This document shows, piece by piece, positions 58,827 through 62,162 of a stretch of DNA of 62,162 bases. Both the position numbers and the translations under genes were made by a program. The notes beneath the pieces are model-generated. The model saw nothing but the letters and a program-made list of their open reading frames with translations, was not told the DNA's origin and made no database searches. Position 1 is the first letter of the stretch. Every line of letters begins with the position of its first letter. This DNA comes from Klebsormidium nitens (taxonomy: Eukaryota > Plantae > Klebsormidiophyceae), in assembly GCA_000708835.1 (NCBI GenBank), contig DF237481.1:1-62162 (forward strand), given 5' to 3'.

Positions 58827-59868
58827 CTTAGATTGATGCTTCTAAGTGCACTATATCCGTCAATCCATGGACCTAGTTCTGCCAAAATTTGAAGCGAGAT
58901 CGTTCTGCCTACTGCAACGTTCATTGTTGATTATCAAAGTTGGTACAACAGCAATTGGCAAGCAATACTTGTCCTCTGCTGTGAACGCCTCAGTGGAGTG
59001 TTTGTTGACGCTTATGCAGTCTCGAGATGAAACTAGTTTCAGCCTGAGGAGAGTAAGCGAGATGCATCATGTGCCCGGTTTTGACAACTAATTCATGCAT
59101 GTATGGTCCATGTACTTTCCTAACGCGTGAGCTCGTACATGGGAATGTGCACAAGCTCCATTTGGGCATGCAATGGTCGTGGCTCGGTTGTGGACGGACA
59201 TTATTTCTGTATTGTTGGTGCATGGCTGCAACATGAGTCTTAATAGGAACGGATAAAAGCCTGAAGAGCTATAATATTGGAGCCGATCGCATGATGTTCT
59301 CTTTTACACGCCGTAGCCACCTGGGCCATAGGCTTCTCATGGCATACATAATTTGATTGAGTGTAATGTCATCACTATTCTTCCTCAATGGCTGACCTTC
59401 AATCGGTGGCCCTCAGGCAAACTACTTATAAACGAGTGCGCTGGGGCTCTAATCACAACCAACTAGATCGAGCTTCCTATACCCCTCAATCTTCCTTGCA
59501 GCTGCAACGAACCAGTGGACTAAAGTCACGTATTCCTCCTCGTCGTGCTTGGGTCCCTATCTATCCAGAACAAGAGGACTCATCAGAGTGCGTCACACAT
59601 ATGATATACATGATGCGCATCATGCCCGGCATCATGATGGCTATACCATGATCTCACTGATCATGATCATGCTGCAAGGATGGAATTGCGAACATTGTGC
59701 AGTCCATCAGGAGTCCTACATTGAATAGGTAGGCAACTTTGAAGCTAGCTATAATCTAACGAACAGCAACGTACTTCGCACTTAGTATGAAAGTTGAAAC
59801 GGCAGTTCACGGTTTCTCCGGCAACGTCGGGCGTCTCCCTCTGCCTGGATATGAGATAAAAATAGTAT

Positions 59869-60650
59869 TTAGTGAAAGTACCCGTAGTTATAACCGTCGA
59901 GTCCCAACGCCCAAATGCCAATGGTAAATGTCGCTGCCACTGAGCCGAGAAAATGCTCAGCTACTACCCTACTGTGCAGTCTACGGAGGACAGTAGATTT
60001 GGCAAATGCTACAATGGCGTCGAGCATGGCCGTCACAGGACAACAGAGCATTGCGTACGCTGCAGCTATGGTTCTCATCCTTTTGGCTCGTTGGGTGAGG
60101 CTGCGGATGGCAGTTGGTGAGCATGCTGCTGATTGTGTTGAGGACGCCCATTTACAAGCCCTGAAGTGCTGGCTTGCGTTTCGTGTGGTGTCTTTCAGAC
60201 TGCAAGAGAGCTGTCAGCAATGGCTTCCCAGGCTAGGGCTGTGTACGAGAGGGGCTCCCCTCCCAGGTCCTCTAGCAGGTTGTCTGGCTCGATGATCTCG
60301 GAGGCGGCATCCAAGGGCAACTGCATCTTCCTGCTCAAGTACAGCCCGGAACGGCTCGCCAAGACAGCTAGCCTGAGGATGGGGATCGCTGTCAGGGGCG
60401 CAGTTGCTTTCCAGGTGGGGGTCACCTCCTTTCGCGTCTCCCCTAGGACGTGCATCAACCTCCCTGAAATCGCTTTGTGGCACACTGAAGTTCATATGCC
60501 CAACGAGCTCAGATGGCCAACAAGCTTGCGATTGACTTACCCATTGCTTTTGCATGTTGTGCATCAAGGCTCCTTTCTGGAACTCCAGGTTCAAGCATCT
60601 CTCGCATCTTGTCCTTCTTGGAGAAACTCAGGTCCTTTCCATGCTTTGCT
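59869..60650 (-). CDS. Possible spliced hypothetical protein fragment
   Basis: Phase-consistent 77-nt intron (gtaagt..atttcag, 60464-60540) joining ..LDAQHAKAMG|RLMHVLGETRKE..EIIEPDNLLEDLGGEPLS..; a hydrophobic ORF at 59869-60078 may be a last exon. No family recognised and the plus strand is also open. Confidence 0.35.
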
Positions 60651-60725
60651 TGCAGGGTGAGGTGGATGAGCAAGGGGACCGCACCGAACGGCCAGCCAGC
60701 AGGTCTGCGCAAGAAGGGTTTTGAC

Positions 60726-60921
60726 CCTGGCGCCAGCCAGGGAAAAACTCACCGGAAAATCCTGGCGGCCAGCCAGGAAGTACCGTAAGCGGGCAAGCAG
60801 CCCGCCAGGATTTGATGTTTTAACCGGAATTTTGAATTTTCCAGCCAGGAAAATCACTCTTTTACCGGAAATTTTCCAAAACCAGCCAGGATTTACCGGA
60901 AAAATCCTGGCTAGCGCCAGG
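60726..60921. mobile_element. 196-bp foldback/MITE-like element
   Basis: 16-bp TIRs CCTGGCGCCAGCCAGG / CCTGGCTAGCGCCAGG (1 mismatch); internal arrays of CCAGCCAGG (x4) and ACCGGAA (x4); no clear TSD. Confidence 0.7.
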
Positions 60922-61144
60922 ATAAAAAACACAAATATAGGGTGCACTGCGCAGGGTTTACCTTCGGTGCGGTCCCCTGGATGAGCCCATCAAGTCGGAT
61001 CTCATGAGCCAGATTAGAATCAGCAGGGGTAAGTCACAACGTTGCCAAGTGGGTGCTCTTTGTTCAGCTACTGCACCTAAAGATCAAGGGCTGTGCTTAG
61101 GTATTTTGTTTTCTACCTACAGAACGCGGTCGATCAATCTGCAG

Positions 61145-61766
61145 GAGCATTCTGAATGCTATGGTGAAAGAAGGTTGGTCTGCCATACCTCTGAGTACCG
61201 AAACATTGCCTCTTTGACAGACGATCCAGAACGTGTATCCATCTTTGAGCCCGGCGCAATCAACATGGATCGCTCCATTGCGAATTCGGTGGAGAAGCAG
61301 AGGTGGGAACTGTACGATGCTGACGGGCGGCCCCAGCAGCAGATTGAGACCATTATTGTGGAGGAGGCAGTAGAGGTGAGGAAGCTCCTTTTCATGCTCG
61401 ATTCTGACCCATGAGTCATTGTGGCTGGCATTGTGGCAAGGTCTGCAGACTTCCGTGACTTCTGTCTCGCATATTGTCCATCCGCATGCTTGTGGATGCC
61501 AAAGAAACGCGGCAAAATTTGCCAAGAAAGGGCCAATCTGGACACCATGGTCGAAAGCTCTGGGTACAGTGTATGTGGCTCTCGAACCTCAAAATCGAAG
61601 ATCTTTCTCATGGGTGCAGAGCGAGTCTGCCTATGCCCAACGCTTCCAAGCTGCCTCCAGCCCTACCAGCAGAAGTACCTCGAGCAGAGAAAGTACGTCG
61701 CCAACGATTGTGAAGGTGCCTGGGCAAGCCGTGCTGGACTTCTTTGAGGACAACCTGGACCCGCAG
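61145..61766 (+). CDS. Two exons of a hypothetical protein, probably continuing beyond the window
   Basis: ctgcag|61145-61375|gtgagg (..FEPGAINMDRSIANSVEKQRWELYDADGRPQQQIETIIVEEAVE) and gtgcag|61620-61766|gtacgt; both open in phase 0. No family recognised. Confidence 0.4.
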
Positions 61767-62162
61767 GTACGTTCCAACATTACTGCAGGATGCCCACAGT
61801 CCCTGGTTGCAAGTCTGTAACCCTTGTTATATTGCAACAGCAAACAGCAAAGGGACCAACCCAAGGACTTGTAGATTGCCATCAGTGGTCTGAAGGTTCT
61901 GCTGTGGGACTCCTTGACTCTGGGTTTTCTTCAAAAGCTGTGCCATCAAAAGGTGGTCAGCAGGATCCGAAGGTCCTCTTTTGAGGTCAGATGTCTGCTG
62001 CCTGAGATGTCTACACTCATCCTTGCAGGCTCTGCCGAAGGAGGGGGCACCCGAGCACGAGCCACGTGAGTCCAAGGTATGGAACATTTGCCGAGCATCA
62101 TTTCTTTCTGCTTCTCATGGGTACAAAGTGAGGGCCAAATTTGGATCGGTATGCTTAGCATG

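Noticed and set aside
59609-59624. 16-bp palindrome catgatgcgcatcatg in an ATCATG-rich stretch
   Set aside because: Low-complexity context with no TIR/TSD or other supporting structure.

Overview
Intron-rich eukaryotic nuclear DNA with GC-rich exons. The gene mix (plant-specific PRONE RopGEF, plant-type callose synthase, plant-type GT61, plant-type mitochondrial F1-delta, and a TSNAXIP1-like gene typical of flagellated lineages) points to a streptophyte alga, probably Klebsormidium-like (inference). Six spliced genes were reconstructed by hand from GT/AG sites, phase and motif homology: RopGEF (-), callose synthase (-, 31 exons, ~1983 aa), TSNAXIP1-like (+), GT61 (-), branched-chain ketoacid dehydrogenase E2 (-) and ATP synthase delta (+). 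There are also two unresolved coding-like regions, three MITE-like elements (one with perfect 19-bp TIRs and TTAA flanks) and a degenerate mitochondrial-type tRNA-Lys inside an intron. The main unexplained signal is that five of the six genes carry, inside their introns, extra copies of their own splice junctions (splice site plus adjacent exon end). Acceptor copies always lie upstream and donor copies downstream of the working exon, mostly 150-190 bp apart. Around ATP-delta exon 2 they form a graded series that decays with distance, like a fossil record of serial, roughly nucleosome-sized duplications. No database searches were possible; all coordinates and counts are manual.
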